A DNA stretch of 55,332 bases, the filler included, from Basidioascus undulatus (Eukaryota): assembly GCA_000826855.1 (NCBI GenBank). It is 3 parts of 3 records of this genome, joined end to end, with 100 filler letters (N's around TTAATTAATTAA, not from the genome) between each part and the next. Parts side by side here need not be neighbours in the genome. Positions count along the whole stretch, not along the records: positions 36,977 to 55,332 come from JTLS01000468.1; 2 more parts are not named here. One strand, 5' to 3'. Positions 37,636 to 51,239 of this stretch are shown here, piece by piece. Position 1 is the first letter of the stretch; every line of letters starts with the position of its first letter. Under the pieces are notes generated by a model that did not search any database, was not told the DNA's origin, and was given only the letters and a program-made list of their open reading frames with translations. A program made the translations under genes and the position numbers.

Positions 37636-39824
37636 GACGATGGGAGGGAGAGAGACACTTTCCTCTTTATTTTCTGGTTCGAGGGTTTTTATTTGCTTGA
37701 GGCCGGATTGGCGCTGGGCGCTGCGCGTAATGGATGGCCTGTATTATCGCACGGTCGCAGTCTTTTCTTTCTACCTTTCTTTTGCCTTTGTGCTTCTTTC
37801 TTGGCGGGCTAGGGTGGAGGCAGGCATCTTTCATCGTTGTACATTTAGCAGACGTTTTGGCGTCCCCTTCGCACGCTCGCACACAGGTCGCACGCACACA
37901 TCTCACTGCTCTACACTACTCTGCTGTGCGGTTCTTGCGTGCGCGTGTCTGTGTGGGTGTGCGTTTTGGAGGGGGAGAGGGAGATAAGGACAGGGTCTAC
38001 CGATGAATGAACGACACGTATCGGCGCTCGAGAACAAGTCTGCCGTCCCCCTGTTCCGCTTCTGCCTTCTTCCCGAGCTCTGTCTCCTCACGAGTGTGTA
38101 CTAGGTCAGGTGTACCCTCCTCCACTTTGCGCCCAAGGTCACGACGCACAGGTAACTGGTACGCCCGCCTGTCCTTTCCCTGACTGTCCCGGTCTCGTAG
38201 TCGCTAATGGCGGGCGGGGCACCGCTGGAGGAAGCCCTTAGGCGCGTTCCCCTCCATCGCTTCAATACCCCAGTGTACCAGTTGGATAAGAGAGCGGTGG
38301 GTACGTCCAGGCATTGACACTCGTTCATGGTCGATCGGCGGGGGTTGGTCAAGTTCTTGGTCGCGTTGAGGAGTGCCGAGCTGGATGCGGACAGCTACTG
38401 TGGCTTGGAAATGCCAGGAGATGATGGGGAGGGAGGGAACCGAATAGGATGTTCATTTCGTCGTACAGCGTATTGCGTCTCGAGCTCAGCTCGGAATCGA
38501 AAAAGAAAGGCCAGCCGGCTGTAAGCAGCGTTTGAAAGCCTAGCCTCGTCTACTCGTGCGACTGCTACCTATGCCTGTAAACCCCAGCGTGCTGTGTTTA
38601 CCAGTGCAGCCCAATGTATCCTTCTACAACTGCATTACCGAAAGCATGTCATCAAGCTGCACAGAGCGACCCTCTTTCTTTCGCGTTGCCAGCAGCGAGC
38701 CCGACGCGTCCGTGCCTGGCTGATCGCTTCGGCGCGTCGCCCGCTCGCGTGTCACCTTCGGGCCTCCTTCCCACCGCCGTCCATCATCAGCTCGTCCTCT
38801 TTCGACACTCTGCTTTCAGCTCTTTCATTCCTTTTTACTTCTTCTCTCTTTCCGCTTCTTGATCGCACAGAATGGTGCGGCCGCTCTAGGATGGTGGTCG
38901 GGTGCAGCACGCTGACCGGCAGCTGCAGCTTCCACTGGACCCTCAGCTACCGGTTTCTGCAAGCCTAATTTTGGTAGACTTGAGCAACTGAAATACGAAG
39001 ATCTACGATTCAAATTTACACTATTCGGCAGACATACTTCCCATTCGAATGTCTGCGCCCGAACCACGAACTGCCGTCTGACGGAATTTTCCTGACGCTT
39101 CTGCGATATCGCCTGCCACCTCCTTCAACGGTTTCCGTCCACCTCTCGATTCGCCTCTCTCCATATCTCCACACACAAGCACCTGGCCATTCAATCCAGT
39201 CCCAACGAAATGCTGCGCCGCTCCTCCTCCCACTCCCCGCCCTCCTCGCGGCTTTCAACGCGCAGAAGGTCGACCACCTCGTACGTTGAGGTGGCGTTTA
39301 ACGTTCAGTAAGTATGGGGACTCCCACCAAGGCACAGCCGGCTTACGGTACCGTACCTCTCTTTTCACAGGTCCCAGCCTCTCCAGAAGGCCAACACGTA
39401 CCGCCTTGCGTTCTCGTACGAGCTCGCGCATGAGCAGTGCCCGCCCGCCGAAGGGGATCGCGCTCGCGCCGGGCTTAGGTACCGGGGCCCATTCTAACCC
39501 CGAGCGGCAGGCCTGTGCTGCTTGAGGGCGATCCCGGCAAGCCTTGAGACGGTACTTTGACTTGGCTTGAACCTTGAGCAAACAGAACAGTCTAAACCGT
39601 TTCTGTTAGACCCGCTACGACAGGTGGTTTCTGGGCCGAAAATCTGCCTGCGCATTTACTGGATGAGGGGAGAAGGAAGGGCGCGATAGAAAGCGAGCTA
39701 GCAGTGGGCATGCTGCCAGTGCCGCTGCACAAGCAGCTTCTCCGGTCGTATCACTCACAAATGCGGAGAGCCACGAACAGGCCTATGCATAGTGCGCGAG
39801 AAATTGAGTTATTTAAAACCATGA

Positions 39825-40640
39825 TCTTCATGCTGCTCAAAGCGGACATCGCGCGGCTACCACCGTCAACCTCCTCGCAGCTCAGCTCGGAGCCAGGCCC
39901 ACCAGTCCGTCCGGGCAACGCTCGCCGCCAGGACGAGGGCTTGTAGCCAGATCTGGATCGGAAGGGAAGAGAAGTGGTTCTCCATCGTGACCTTCGAGGA
40001 GGAGCAATGCCATTTCGGCGCCCTGCGTCATTACTGGCGGTGACTCATATCAGCTTTTACAAGCTCATCGCCACCCCGGAATACGACTGGAGCTCACTGC
40101 TTGCTCGCGTCATCTCGAATTTCTGGACGGCAGAGGAGATCCCCCGGCTTCGGTCAGCTGTTTCGCATCGCTGAGACAGGACCTCGAACGTGGTTGGTTG
40201 AAAGCGAGGCGGGTCCAGCGTGACTAACTCGAAGCAAATGCGCAAAGCCAGTCGCCTACTCCTCGAGCTGTCGATAGCTTGAGCCCATGGTCGCACCATA
40301 AGCTAGGCAGAGCGCGTGTATCCCCCCGCACGCTTTAAACGCGTACTCAAAGGAATCTTTCGAAAGGAGGTACGCGTTGGAGACGCCGTGAGCGCAATAG
40401 CCCTTGTGCAGCGCCCAGTCCTCCCGCTGGCACGCCTCGGAGCAATATGTCACAATCCCTATACGCATTACCATCAGAGCTCCATTCCATTCAAATTCGT
40501 AGAGCGCCCACACACCGCACACCTCCCTTGCAGCGCCCGCAGATGCGGTGCCTCGGCCCGCCAGGTTGCTGCCGCGCTTGGCAGTGCTGGCACACGCCGG
40601 CAATGCGAGAATAAGAGGGAGCTTTGGGGGAGTGAGGCAT
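39825..40640 (-). pseudogene. MYND-type zinc-finger gene, copy 1 (ligands intact, downstream frameshift/stops)
   Basis: MPHSPKAPSYSRIAGVCQHCQ..ICGRCKG|..YCSEACQREDWALHKGYC. The frame breaks near 40280. Confidence 0.75.
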
Positions 40641-41259
40641 GGGATGAAAGATTGCCAAAGTGCTCGGGTGGATGGGAGAGCAGACAGGCGATGATGGAGG
40701 CGGTCGGGGTCAAGAGACGAGTCGACGAGTCCAGGGACGTGGGTCAGCAGCTCGCGCCACGGAATTCAAAAAGGAGCGTTGCGGAGGAAACCTTAACCCC
40801 AGGATGCTTCGGTGGTTCCTTTTTATTTTTCGCTTCCAGAGTGCAGTCGGATGCTTTGGTCGGACCAGACCTTGATGTGTGTAAGGTGTTCGACTGCTTG
40901 TTTTTCTGCGCAGACAGGCACCCACTTACCCACCCCAGATCTTCTCGGTCCACCGTCAGCGCTTTCTTAAGAAACTGTAACATTGTACTAAAAGTTTATG
41001 CGCAAGGGCTGTGTTTGCACGCTCAACGTCCGGGCGGCCCTAGGCAGAACAAATTCGCGAAGACAAACACCTGCGCTTCCCATCTCACTAATTATTGGGT
41101 CTGACATCTTCTCCGCAAGGCTCCGTTCCGTATTCCGCCTGCCGCGGCGGGCTGCTGACTCACGCTGGCATGCCCCCTTGTCCTCAACCACCGTCTCTTC
41201 TCCTCAACCACATCCATTCACTTCATTCAACACGCCTCTTCGATCCAGCCAGAAGCCAG

Positions 41260-42057
41260 ATGCCGCACTCTCACAAAATTCCCTCGTACTCCCGCACTGC
41301 CGGCGTGTGCCAGAACTGCCATGCGCGGCAGCAACCTGGTGGGCCGAAGCACCGCATCTGCGGTCGCTTCAAGGGAGGTGAGTCGTGTGTGGGTGCTTTG
41401 GGCCTTTCATCCTAATAGAGCACGGATACTGATTCGTATGGGTATAGTGGGGTATTGCTCCAAGGCGTGCCAGTGGCGAGACTGGTCTCTGCACAATGGC
41501 GACTAAGCTCACTTCGCCTCTAACGTCGGCTTGCTCTCGAAATATTCCCTCCTTACGCGCTGAAGGCATGGGAGGCCTCACACACTCCCATCCTCGCCGC
41601 CGGCGCGATCTGTGGACTCGAGCTTCACGCCGATAGCTCCCGGGGCAGGCGACAGGCCTTGCACATTCGTCTGCAGACCGCCGCGCTCGAACCGCCCCTT
41701 CAAGCCGACCACGTGGAAGTTCTGCCTCTCAGCGAAGCCAAGCTTGCGCTCGGGGACGAGATCTACGCATCCTTCTTTAGGGAGCTTGAGATGACACGGG
41801 CAAGCCGTGAGCTCGAATGTGGCGCTCGGCCCGCGGACATCTGATATTGGGCGTTACTGGTAGCGGCGAAGGGCGACGAGGTCGCCTTGTTCCTCCTCAA
41901 TGCGCACTACGGGGAGGAACAGGCCCTCATTGCTTTTCCTAGTCTCACCACAGGACCTCGTCGCAACAGCGCGCGCTGTTCAGACGGGCTGGTGGGCAAA
42001 GCTGCGGGAGAGTTGAGAGTGCACGTGGCTGAGATGTCCACTTCGAGCATGAACTAG
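41260..42057 (+). pseudogene. MYND-type zinc-finger gene, copy 2 (inverted paralog; ligand loss and nonsense codon)
   Basis: MPHSHKIPSYSRTAGVCQNCH..ICGRFKG|..YCSKACQWRDWSLHNGD*, with TAA at 41504-41506. Later EMTRASREL matches EMTRASSEL of copy 1. Confidence 0.78.
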
Positions 42058-42449
42058 TACGACTAAGCGTACTTGTAGGTCCTTATTGACCTACATATGG
42101 TACAAACCAAATCTCAACTCTCCATTTTCCTGACATGCTCCAGTAACAGCGAGCCCGCTCCACCCCTGCCCCATAAGCAAAGCCAGAGCCATTATACCCG
42201 CCTTTCTGGCCTTTAAACCCTTTTATACTTATACCATTTTGTACTTATACCCATAATACCTTACTACCCCACACTCTTCTATGTTTGGTTACCCTCTGGC
42301 TTTTGCGATATGTACCTTGCAAGTGCAGCAGCCCTTTCACAATGCAATGTGGCGCTGTTCTTGAGCATATCACTTTGATTGTATGAGATAGTCTCTCGGG
42401 AAGCGGTTCCGCCGTTCCTTTCCATTTCGTGAGTGTGTCAGCCGCCTCA

Positions 42450-44072
42450 CGGCTGGTAGCAAGCAACTGGCTCGTGGCTTTACAACAGCGAAGGCCAGGA
42501 GCAATTCCGGACTGTAATTCGTGAGACGCGCTTTGAAAACTTGGGTCGGGAGGACCTCAATCATGTCGGTGACAGCACCTGCTCTATAGCTTCGGGGTCC
42601 TTCTGTGAACGCGTTCGAATATTGACCTGGGGGAAAGACGACGAAGTGAGGGAGGAACTAATGCGGTTCGCGTTGGCCCAATAGAGACCTTCGATGGTGG
42701 CTGATTAGTTTCGCTCACCATAATTGTGGACAGAACCAGACAAACACGAAGCTGAAGCACCAAGTAGAGCAGCTAAGAGCGCTGCACCGCAAAACATCCG
42801 CCCGCAAAACGTTCCGCTACGGGCCATCTCGCCTTGACCTTTCGAAGCCATCATCTCGAACGACACCGTCAACGACATGTCAATATCCACTTCCAAGGCT
42901 TTGCTGAAAGAACGCCCGCCTTAGTGAGGCTCTCCCTTTGTTGGGCCCGCAGTCACCGGGCTGATAGCTACAAACTGTAGTCAGAGAGACAAGCTGAGCC
43001 TGGTTGTGAGACCATAGAAATTGTCTGATAGATATCAGAACAGATCAAGTAAGTTGATCTTGCCTCATTTCACTTGACTCGCACAGAATCGTAAACTGAT
43101 GCTGCCCAAACAGCGAATCTTCTTCGTGGGCGGGTTCGCAAACAGCTTGTATCTACTTTCCGAGCTGCAGAAGCGTCTGAAGCCCAAGGCATTACCATCC
43201 TTCAGCCCACGCCAACGCACAAGTCCATTTTCTTTCAATACATGGCGCTGTAAATGCACTGCTCCGACCTGTTCACACTTCCACACAGGGCCAAGATCGC
43301 AGCTCAGGGTGGCGTGGGCTGGCAACTCGACAGCGTTGTTACATCTCGAGTTGCCCGCCATAATTAAGGCATAAAAATTTTCGAAGATCACTCGCCGTCT
43401 TCTTCCTGTAGAGTCCCACGCGGTCACAGGTGCACTACACGACCCGACCAGCGAGTCTTTTACTTGCTTGTCCGGTCCGCCTCTGAAAGCTTGCTATAAG
43501 TGAGGATTAGTTAACGAGTCCAAGGAGTATCACAAGCCCTTCAAACATCACATGAAAAAAGCATCGCAGATTGCGAACTACTAACGACTCTTTACACCCA
43601 TTCCGGGGTGCCACCAGACTACATGGGCCTAGACCGTGAGTAAACTTCTTGGTATATAGCCTCTGCGTCCACTGCATCTTCGGGTCCACGTCTTCGTTCT
43701 AGCAAGCTCCCAAGACTTCGTTCCAGCCTTGACCGTGCGGGCGAATCTCGAGCAGGTAGCCAAGATGGCTGCGCAACGATGGAACGAGCGAGAATGCTGG
43801 AACCTCGTCACTTTTGAATTTGAGATACTCATTAAGTGAGTGCAGGAGGGCTTCAGTATCTTGTATGAAGGATGATCTCTGAGCTCCCGCACCCCTACAC
43901 CCGCCGCAGGTTCGGGACGACCGAGCTCGAGGCGTGTGTGGCGTGCAAAGAGAACGGACGCCAGATGTTGTGCGTCCTCAGCCTCTTCGCTCCATACAGA
44001 CTAAAGACTGAGTGGCGTGCGGGCGGTTGTCTTCGTTGTAGCGGTCCGGCTACCATTCTCTACGACAACTGA
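42450..44072 (+). pseudogene. HSPA12-like (atypical Hsp70, actin-like ATPase) remnant, copy A
   Basis: IFFVGGFANSLYLLSEL, KIAAQGGVGWQLDSVVTSRVARHN*G, TVRANLEQ..LVTFEFEILI|FGTTELEACVACKENG, the typical C-terminus of basidiomycete HSPA12-like proteins. In-frame stops present; 5' boundary approximate. Confidence 0.65.
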
Positions 44073-44680
44073 GCTGCGCCGGCGACCTACACCTCTCTCA
44101 TCGACTAATCTAATCCTGGTGCAAGGAAAATTCTGTGATTAACACTTGAATAGCTTTCGTAATTTTCTTTGGCTCATATAACTGCCTTACTGCTCCTATG
44201 GATGTCAGAGGCATCTGCATCAGGCCTTGAGGCAAGTCTTGACGAGATCGTGTACTATCGAACGAGTCTCTTCTGATCTACCCACTTCTGTATAATACTG
44301 AAACCCCCCTCCCGCCCCTTCCATGAGTGTGTCCGAAGAGAGTCATACAGTTCACCGTGGAAACATTCAGTCCGCATGCCCCCGTCCGTACTAAACAGTC
44401 AGTTCGAACTGTCTAGCAGTCTGGGTGGAAGTCCTTCCGCGCTGGTGACGAGCTTGGTCACAGCAGATATATATTCCTAATGGTTTTGGCACGACATGCA
44501 ATCATAGAGCTTCCGAAAGCAGAGCATCTCGCTGCACACGACAGCGAGCCTGAATAACAAAGCAAATGCCAAAGCGCGTCCTGCCTTCGACGCTTCAGGC
44601 TTCTTCAAGCTTCAACGCGTGCTGCCCCTTCGCCCTTTGCTCCTTTTCCTCATCCCCTCACTCTCGTATCGTCCTTCGCC

Positions 44681-46378
44681 ATGGACGACTCGCCCTCCGA
44701 CAATCCGACACAGCCCACGCTGGGCTGGGAGCATGTTTTCCTAGGCCTGTGCTTCGTCCTCGCCGACGCGCTCGCGTCCGCGATCCTCGGACTCGGCATC
44801 TCCACGTCGCTCCTCACGTCCGCGGCGCGCTGCATCATCCAGCTTACGTTGATGAGCTATGTGTTGGGGGCGGTGTTTGAGACTCAGAACCCGTGGGCGG
44901 TGGCGGGGATTGCCGGTACGTATCCGATCTTTGGGATGCGAGTAGGTGGAGCTGATAGTCCACGGGGGTGGTCGCAGTGCTCTTGAACTTGCTGGGCGCG
45001 TACGAGACCACGTTCAACAAGGCCAAGAGGAGGCATGATGGCCTCTTTTTCTCCACGTTCATCTCGATGATCTCGTCCACCATCCCCATCGCCATCCTCT
45101 CATCGCGCTTCGCGATGGCGCACGAGACGTTCTGGGATCCTCCTCAGGTTCGCCTCGATCTCACGTTCGATCACTTCGCATCCGCTCATTTTCGACTCCT
45201 CGTTCTTTGTAGTTCATCCCCACTCTGGGTAGATGTCCCAATACGTTTGACGGGAACTTCCGGCTGATGGACTGAATCGCACAGGAATGATCTGCGGCAA
45301 TGCCATCTCCGCGATGGCTGTGGCTCTGAACTTCACGCTGAAGGAGTTCACCGAGAACCGAGGTATGCACCTTGTCCCGCTACACATACAAAATGTATCT
45401 TCCTCGCTTGACTGATCACGAGGGCCACTGGTGTGCTTCTAGACAAGATTGAGACGCTCCTGGCGCACGGCGCAAGCCGGTGAGGCACAAATCGAATGCA
45501 CTGCTGCCTTGTCTAGAGGAGTGCTGACTGGAGCATTGGCGTGACAGATTTGAAGCTTGCAGACCTATTGCGAGGGATGCGCTCAAGCTTGCGTACGTCT
45601 GCGCGCATTCTTCTCAGGCGTGCTGCAGCTGATCGCTGTTCTTCCCCCGGGCAAAGACTGCTGCCGACGATCAACCAAGTGCGCCCTCAGTTCCCAACGG
45701 TCATTCATGTAATGTCTGCCAACGTAAGACCCCTGCATTGCAGATGAGGTAATTCCAGCCCCTCGACGACGACGATCTCCTGAGCTCACGTTTCCTTAAT
45801 CGTATCTCAGCGTAATAGGCCTTATCTCCATTCCAGGTACGCCAAAACTCCCTCATTTGGTTCTTGTTGGGTCCCTTCAGGAGCATCTTCATGCATCATC
45901 CCCATTCGCGTCGGATGATCTTCAGGCATGATGGCGGGCTCCGTCCTCGCCGGGGCGTCCGTGCAGCAAGCGGCGCGTTTACAGATGGTGCGCTTCTCCG
46001 CTCTCTCTTCCCTAAAACCCACACTCACCCCTCCCCTTAACACAGATCATGTGCGCGCCTCCCCACTCTCATCCTTTTCTCCCACTCTCCCTTGTGCGCT
46101 AACGCTGCACCTACCTCCCCTTCTCCCACAGCATCATGACCATCGCCGCCTCCTCCACCCTCGCGGCCGCCTTCACCCTCCTCTTTGCGCTCTTGACCCT
46201 GATCGACTCCTCGCACCGCATCCGCGCAGACCGGGTCGTCTCGTCCCGCCCGTGGGCGTACCGCGCGGTGGACACGCTCGTGGAGCGCGGCGTGAAGCGC
46301 CCGGTGCGGGCGGTGGGCGCCTGGGTCAGGCGGATCGGGAGGAGGAAGGGAGAGGGTGCTGTGAGGCTGCCGGAATAG
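44681..46378 (+). CDS. UPF0014 family (YbbM/FetB, ALS3/STAR2-like) membrane protein
   Basis: SAARCIIQLTLMSYVL, FIPTL|GMICGNAIS, DKIETLLAHGASR|FEACRPIARDALKLA|LLPTINQ|MS|VIGLISIP|GMMAGSVLAGASVQQAARLQM. Many small exons, including 5-nt microexons. Confidence 0.9.
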
Positions 46379-46699
46379 AACGGGTGATGAGGCGGATCGG
46401 ACGGATCATCTTATTGTCTAGCGAGGACAGCATGCGGCGCGCTGTATATGTTGCAGTATACGCATCGCCAATCTCAATCGGATTTCCAGCGCTGAGACGT
46501 CGTTGACTTCACACATCGCTAGAAGGGCTCCTCGCCACGCCCTTCGGATCGGCACACGACATCCCTCCATCGCCACAGTCTGGTCATATTGCATACTCAT
46601 CGCACCCGACTCTCGCATTCACATCATCTCAGCTCACTATTTCATCCATACCTCTCTTGCTTCTTTTATTTCCTTCGTCCGAATCCCATGCCCACGCAT

Positions 46700-47947
46700 C
46701 TAATGCGTCGCCCCACCGTACCCCGGAATCTTCACAGCCTCGCCCTGCCCCCGCGCGTCAGCCACATGCCGCGCAAACCCGGACGTGAGCGTGTCCGTGT
46801 CGGTCGCGATGGACACGACTTCGAAGCCTTGCGCGAGGCGGGCGCGGGCCTGGGCGCCGGAGGTGCCTGTATCGCATCGGAGCACCCAGGCGCTGTAAGC
46901 GTGACGGTGAGAGGACTAGAGCACAGAGCGGGACGCACAGAAGATACTGCTGATCTTCTGCTTGTCCTGGCACGCCTTCAAGATGCGCGCGATCGCATCT
47001 TCGTGCTCCTTCGACCCGAACTCGACATTCAGCGAAAGCGAGAGGTCGAACGGCCCAACGAACAACATGTCTGTCCGCTCCCATCCCTATCAGCCTCGCC
47101 CCATTTCGTACCCTGCCCACTGACCAATGCCATTAACCGCAGCGATCTCCTCGACGTTCTCGAGCCCCTCCTTCGTCTCGATCTGGACGACCACGAGCAG
47201 CGCATCGTTCGCTTGGACCTTGTAGTCTGCTGCGCTGACGCCGGCGAAGTTGTGGTGCGTGAAGGGAGAGCCGAAGCCCCGGATCCCGCGCGGGGAGAAC
47301 TTGGAGGCGGAGACGATGCGGCGGGCGGCTTCCTGTGGGGTGGGTGAGCAGGAAAGTGAGAGTGGGAATGTAGGAATATGACAGACCGCAGAGGAGCACA
47401 TCGGAGTCATGATGCCGTGAGCGCCCGAGTCGAGAGCGCCTGGTGTACGGAGGGAACGGGTGAGAAAATGGGGAGAGTGGGGGAGAGGGGAATCACGCAC
47501 GCTTAATCCACCACCCTTCGTCGATGGGGATGCGGATGATTGGGCTGATTCCTTCGGACTGGAGGCGATGAGATGAGCGGAGCCGGGGAAGGGAGAAGAC
47601 GGGAAAACGCACAGCGATCGCATTGCACAGCTCGTAAAAGTCTTTGTCGGTGATTTGACCGTGCTCTGCGTCAATGAGGAACCACTGCATATTCCATAAC
47701 CAGGGAGAAGTTGTCAGTGATCCTTTGCAAAGGGCCTGGTGCAGGGAAGAAGACGCACGTTGAACCCCGGCACGGAAGCGATCGTCCGCGCGAGCGGCGT
47801 GCCCGGGAACCTGTGCATTCAGGATGTCGTTTCAAAACGTATATTAAAGGAGTAGATTGCGTTGGAGACGAATACGCACGTCAACCACATTCCTACTCCC
47901 TTGTCGCCCTTATTCAACGCGCTGCGGAGGTGGATAGACTTGTCCAT
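46700..47947 (-). CDS. HpcH/HpaI class II aldolase family protein
   Basis: GMWLT|FPG, WFLIDAEHG, ALDSGAHGIMTPM, PRGIRGFGSPF, VVQIETKEGLENVEEIAAVNGI|DMLFVGPFDLS. Confidence 0.92.
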
Positions 47948-50076
47948 GGTGGGTGCACTTGGTAGCTTTTGCAGCAGGAGACGTGGAGCAACTGGGGCTT
48001 TTGGCTGGGTTCGCGATAGATTCCTGGCTTCGTGCACAGGTTTTGCAAGGAAGACGAAAATGATGAGGATCGTCTGCGACTTGTGGGCGGAGAGAACAGC
48101 GAGCCAGCCTGAGCCGGAACTCGCCCCGGGGCCTAGCTAGCTGGGCACCGCAACCGGCGGCGCAAGCGTGCCGTCGCTTGCCGTTGACCTGATGCGGGGA
48201 GCCGTGAATAACCGCGTGTGTTTTTTCCTTGATGCGACTGATGAGGAAAGGACGTCTTGAAGCAGCCTCAGCCTCCAGGTACCCTATATCTTTCGTTTCG
48301 TTGTGGTCATAAAGATCAACGCCGGAAGCACGGGTGATGCGACGAGTCGACGATCGACCTCCGACGGAGATCCCCCTGTAGGGCCAAAGGAAACTGCACC
48401 GTGGCTGCAGGGTCATACAACGGGCTAGTCAGGTCAAACGCAGCTTCAAGCAATTGCATATACTTTGAGGGGCAGGCTCCAGAAGGCAAAAGTGATACTT
48501 GCAGACTGAGAGCCAGGTCAGTGTGCCGCATGGACGGGTCCCTTGCGCTCGCCAAACCGGCGCGCTTGCAAACCTGGTCTGTCACGCTTAGCAACAACCG
48601 GGAAGAAAGCAAATATATCATTAAGATGTTTATCTAGCTCAATAGCCCGCGTGGAGCTCTGTGCTACTGTAGAGCTTGACAACTCAACTTCTGTAAGCAT
48701 CCCATCTGCTGCAAGCTTGCAAAGCCACTCACTTCTCGGATTAGCTCACCTCCAACCTGTTCGCCCAATGCTCGGAGAACATAGGGCGGTGGCGGTTCTA
48801 TTCTGACTGCTACACCGGCAACAACGTCACACACTACTCGAAGGGTTGCACAGCATTGACACGTAGGTGGGGCAGGGTACCCGAAGAATCGCTCACCATG
48901 AACCAAGTTCCCAGGAGGGCTTGATCCCGGCAGCGTTAGAGCCTGCTGTGAGGAGTCTGGCCGGTCTGTAGATTAGGCGCAACGCACAGAGTTTCGAGTT
49001 GTCAATTTCTTGGAAAGGCTCCGCACCTGATGGCACGCCCGCCTGCATTCCATCAAACGTTCTGGGTCAAAGTAACCCTGGTCCTATCAGAGTCTGCTGA
49101 AACACGATGATCCTGATTTTTTGTCTTACATGCGACTTTCTGATCTTCCGGCATCTCCAAAGGACCACCACCCCCGTTCATCGTCGCTCAGAGTCTGGCT
49201 GCTCCGAAGCTCTGGATAAGTAGCCCTATCAAGGATTTGCTGAGAAGGAGACCTACCACCAGGAAGATGTCGAGAATCAGAACGTCCGCCAACGCGATCA
49301 CAACGCAAACGCAACCCCATAGCAAGATGCAACCACGGCTATCGAGCAAACTCGGAAAGACCAGAGTCAGGAGCAGCACGGACAGGACGTAACGCATGCC
49401 GCTTATGGCTTGACGGGAAATGTCGAAGAAGTATTACTTAAGTTCCAATGTTGTGTAAGAGGTGAGGTAGAGCTGCAGAGGTGCGGTAGGCACTGTCAAT
49501 GATAAAGGAAACGGGGGGCGGCGTCGGGTAGCGGGCAGCAGCCCTCGTTGACTTTTCAACAGAGACATCATCAAGAGACTGGAAAAGCTGCAGTACTTTA
49601 ATAATTATAATTTTTCCCTCTAACCTAGAGAACATTCCGGTTGACCGGCACGCAGGCTGTATTTGACTTGGCAAAGTGCCAATTGACCGCATTGTCCAGC
49701 AGGTGGTCAGCACTATGCACAACCGGGCGATTGTGAATTCCGGGTATTCATAATTTTATAATTTCCCAAGTAAAAGTGGGTTGTCAGAATGTGTCCGGGG
49801 TCTGGTCATGCAGCCTGAAAGCCCACTGCACCTTCTCAGAGAGCGCCGCCGCCGTAACGATTGAACATTTTCCCCCACCTCTACGTGGATATTTCTGGAA
49901 TCACCAGATAATGCATGTTTTAACTGTGCATCTTTCTTAATTCTTTCTAACTGTCCGTTGATAGAAAGACGCGGGAAAGCATGCACGGTACACCAGACGG
50001 GCAAACAAGCAGACACACGGGCGTCGCCCACAAAACGTTCCCGCAATTCATTGGAGATCACAAATCAACAGGATAT

Positions 50077-50402
50077 TCAAGCCTGAGGAACCAGCCCGAG
50101 CTGCTGAAGCGCCATAAACGCGCCCTCCTCTCCGATCTCCTTGACGATCTTGCCGTCCTTGAGCTTGAACACCGTCATGCCCGTGAAGCGAGTCTTCTTG
50201 CCCGAATTGGGGGTGGGAAGGGAGCCGACGGGGGGTCCGAGAACGGGACGCCCGTGTGCGTTCCGCTGCCGTCCCAGAGTCCGACAGCGAACTCGCCCTC
50301 GGGCAGGTTCTCAGCGATGAGCGGGCCGATCGCCCAGAAGGTTAGGTCGGGGAACGCCTCGCGGAACTAGGAGAGCATCTTCTTGGATGCCTCGCGGCCG
50401 TG
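50077..50402 (-). pseudogene. SnoaL-like ester cyclase (NTF2-like) 3' fragment
   Basis: HGREASKKMLS*FREAFPDLTFW..LIAE..WDGSGTHTG..(frameshift in C-run ~50235)..SGKKTRFTGMTVFKLKDGKIVKEIGEE..ALQQLGLVP. In-frame TAG and no N-terminus. Confidence 0.75.
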
Positions 50403-50404
50403 CT

Positions 50405-51230
50405 GATAAAAATGGACAAAGCTGTTGCAACAGGCTCTCTATAAAAGAACGAATTCAAAGGGCAAGAACATACCTTCTGACCATCGAAAGGGATTCGGTA
50501 GGCGTAGGAGTCGGGCCGCGTGCCAGTCGCTTTGTTCATGCCGTTCGAGACCAGCTGGTCGAAAGCGATGGCTGTGGAGATCAAAAATAGGGTAAACATA
50601 GTGAAAGAGGATCGTGTCAGAAGAGCATTGTTTCTGAGGTCAGTAGGGCAGACAGAAGGACCTTACCCAAGTTGACGAAAGAGGTGGTGATGCCGCGGAG
50701 GATGACAGGCGAACACTGCAAAATGGGGCAGATGAGGTCTCTGCTCTCGCCTTCGAGTTCAAGACTTGCAATTTGGGGTACGGACCTCGGCCGAGTACGA
50801 AGACGTAGTCGTGATGAAAAACGAGAGCGCCCCTCCAGCATCAGCTTGCCGCCGAAAACCGTTTCGGGAGTCGTGCCAAAACTGGAGCAGTCCCTAGCAT
50901 CAGCCACCTGGGAAGCATGCTGTATACTCCAGATGAGCCGGCCTACCATTGGAAAGACGCTCCCCAGCAGGCCGCGAAAAGTGTAGCCAGCCACTATGCG
51001 CCCCTGTGTGACCAAAATTGAGACACAAAAAAATCTCTTCCATCTCTCCAGGTGCGACTTACAATGACGCCGCCCATACTCGACCCCCCGTTGAATGTGC
51101 TCTGCCATTTGGCAGGGAGCACGCCCAGGCTCGTAGCCGGGTCGACGTAGCCGAATGCGCGGCGGAAGGCATCGATCCTCAGAGCGGCACAGGTGACTGC
51201 GATTTGAGTCAAAAGCTGAACATCTCCATC
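50405..51230 (-). pseudogene. MFS sugar porter 5' fragment with internal deletions
   Basis: FRRAFGYVDP..WQSTFNGGSSMGG|GRIVAG-YTFRGLLGS (the segment normally between these motifs is missing)|..LVSNG..YAYRIPF. Confidence 0.6.
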
Positions 51231-51239
51231 CTTGCAGCC

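Noticed and set aside
44681..47947. Recent bacterial HGT or operon for UPF0014 + HpcH
   Set aside because: Both genes are intron-rich, convergently oriented and belong to families known in fungi.
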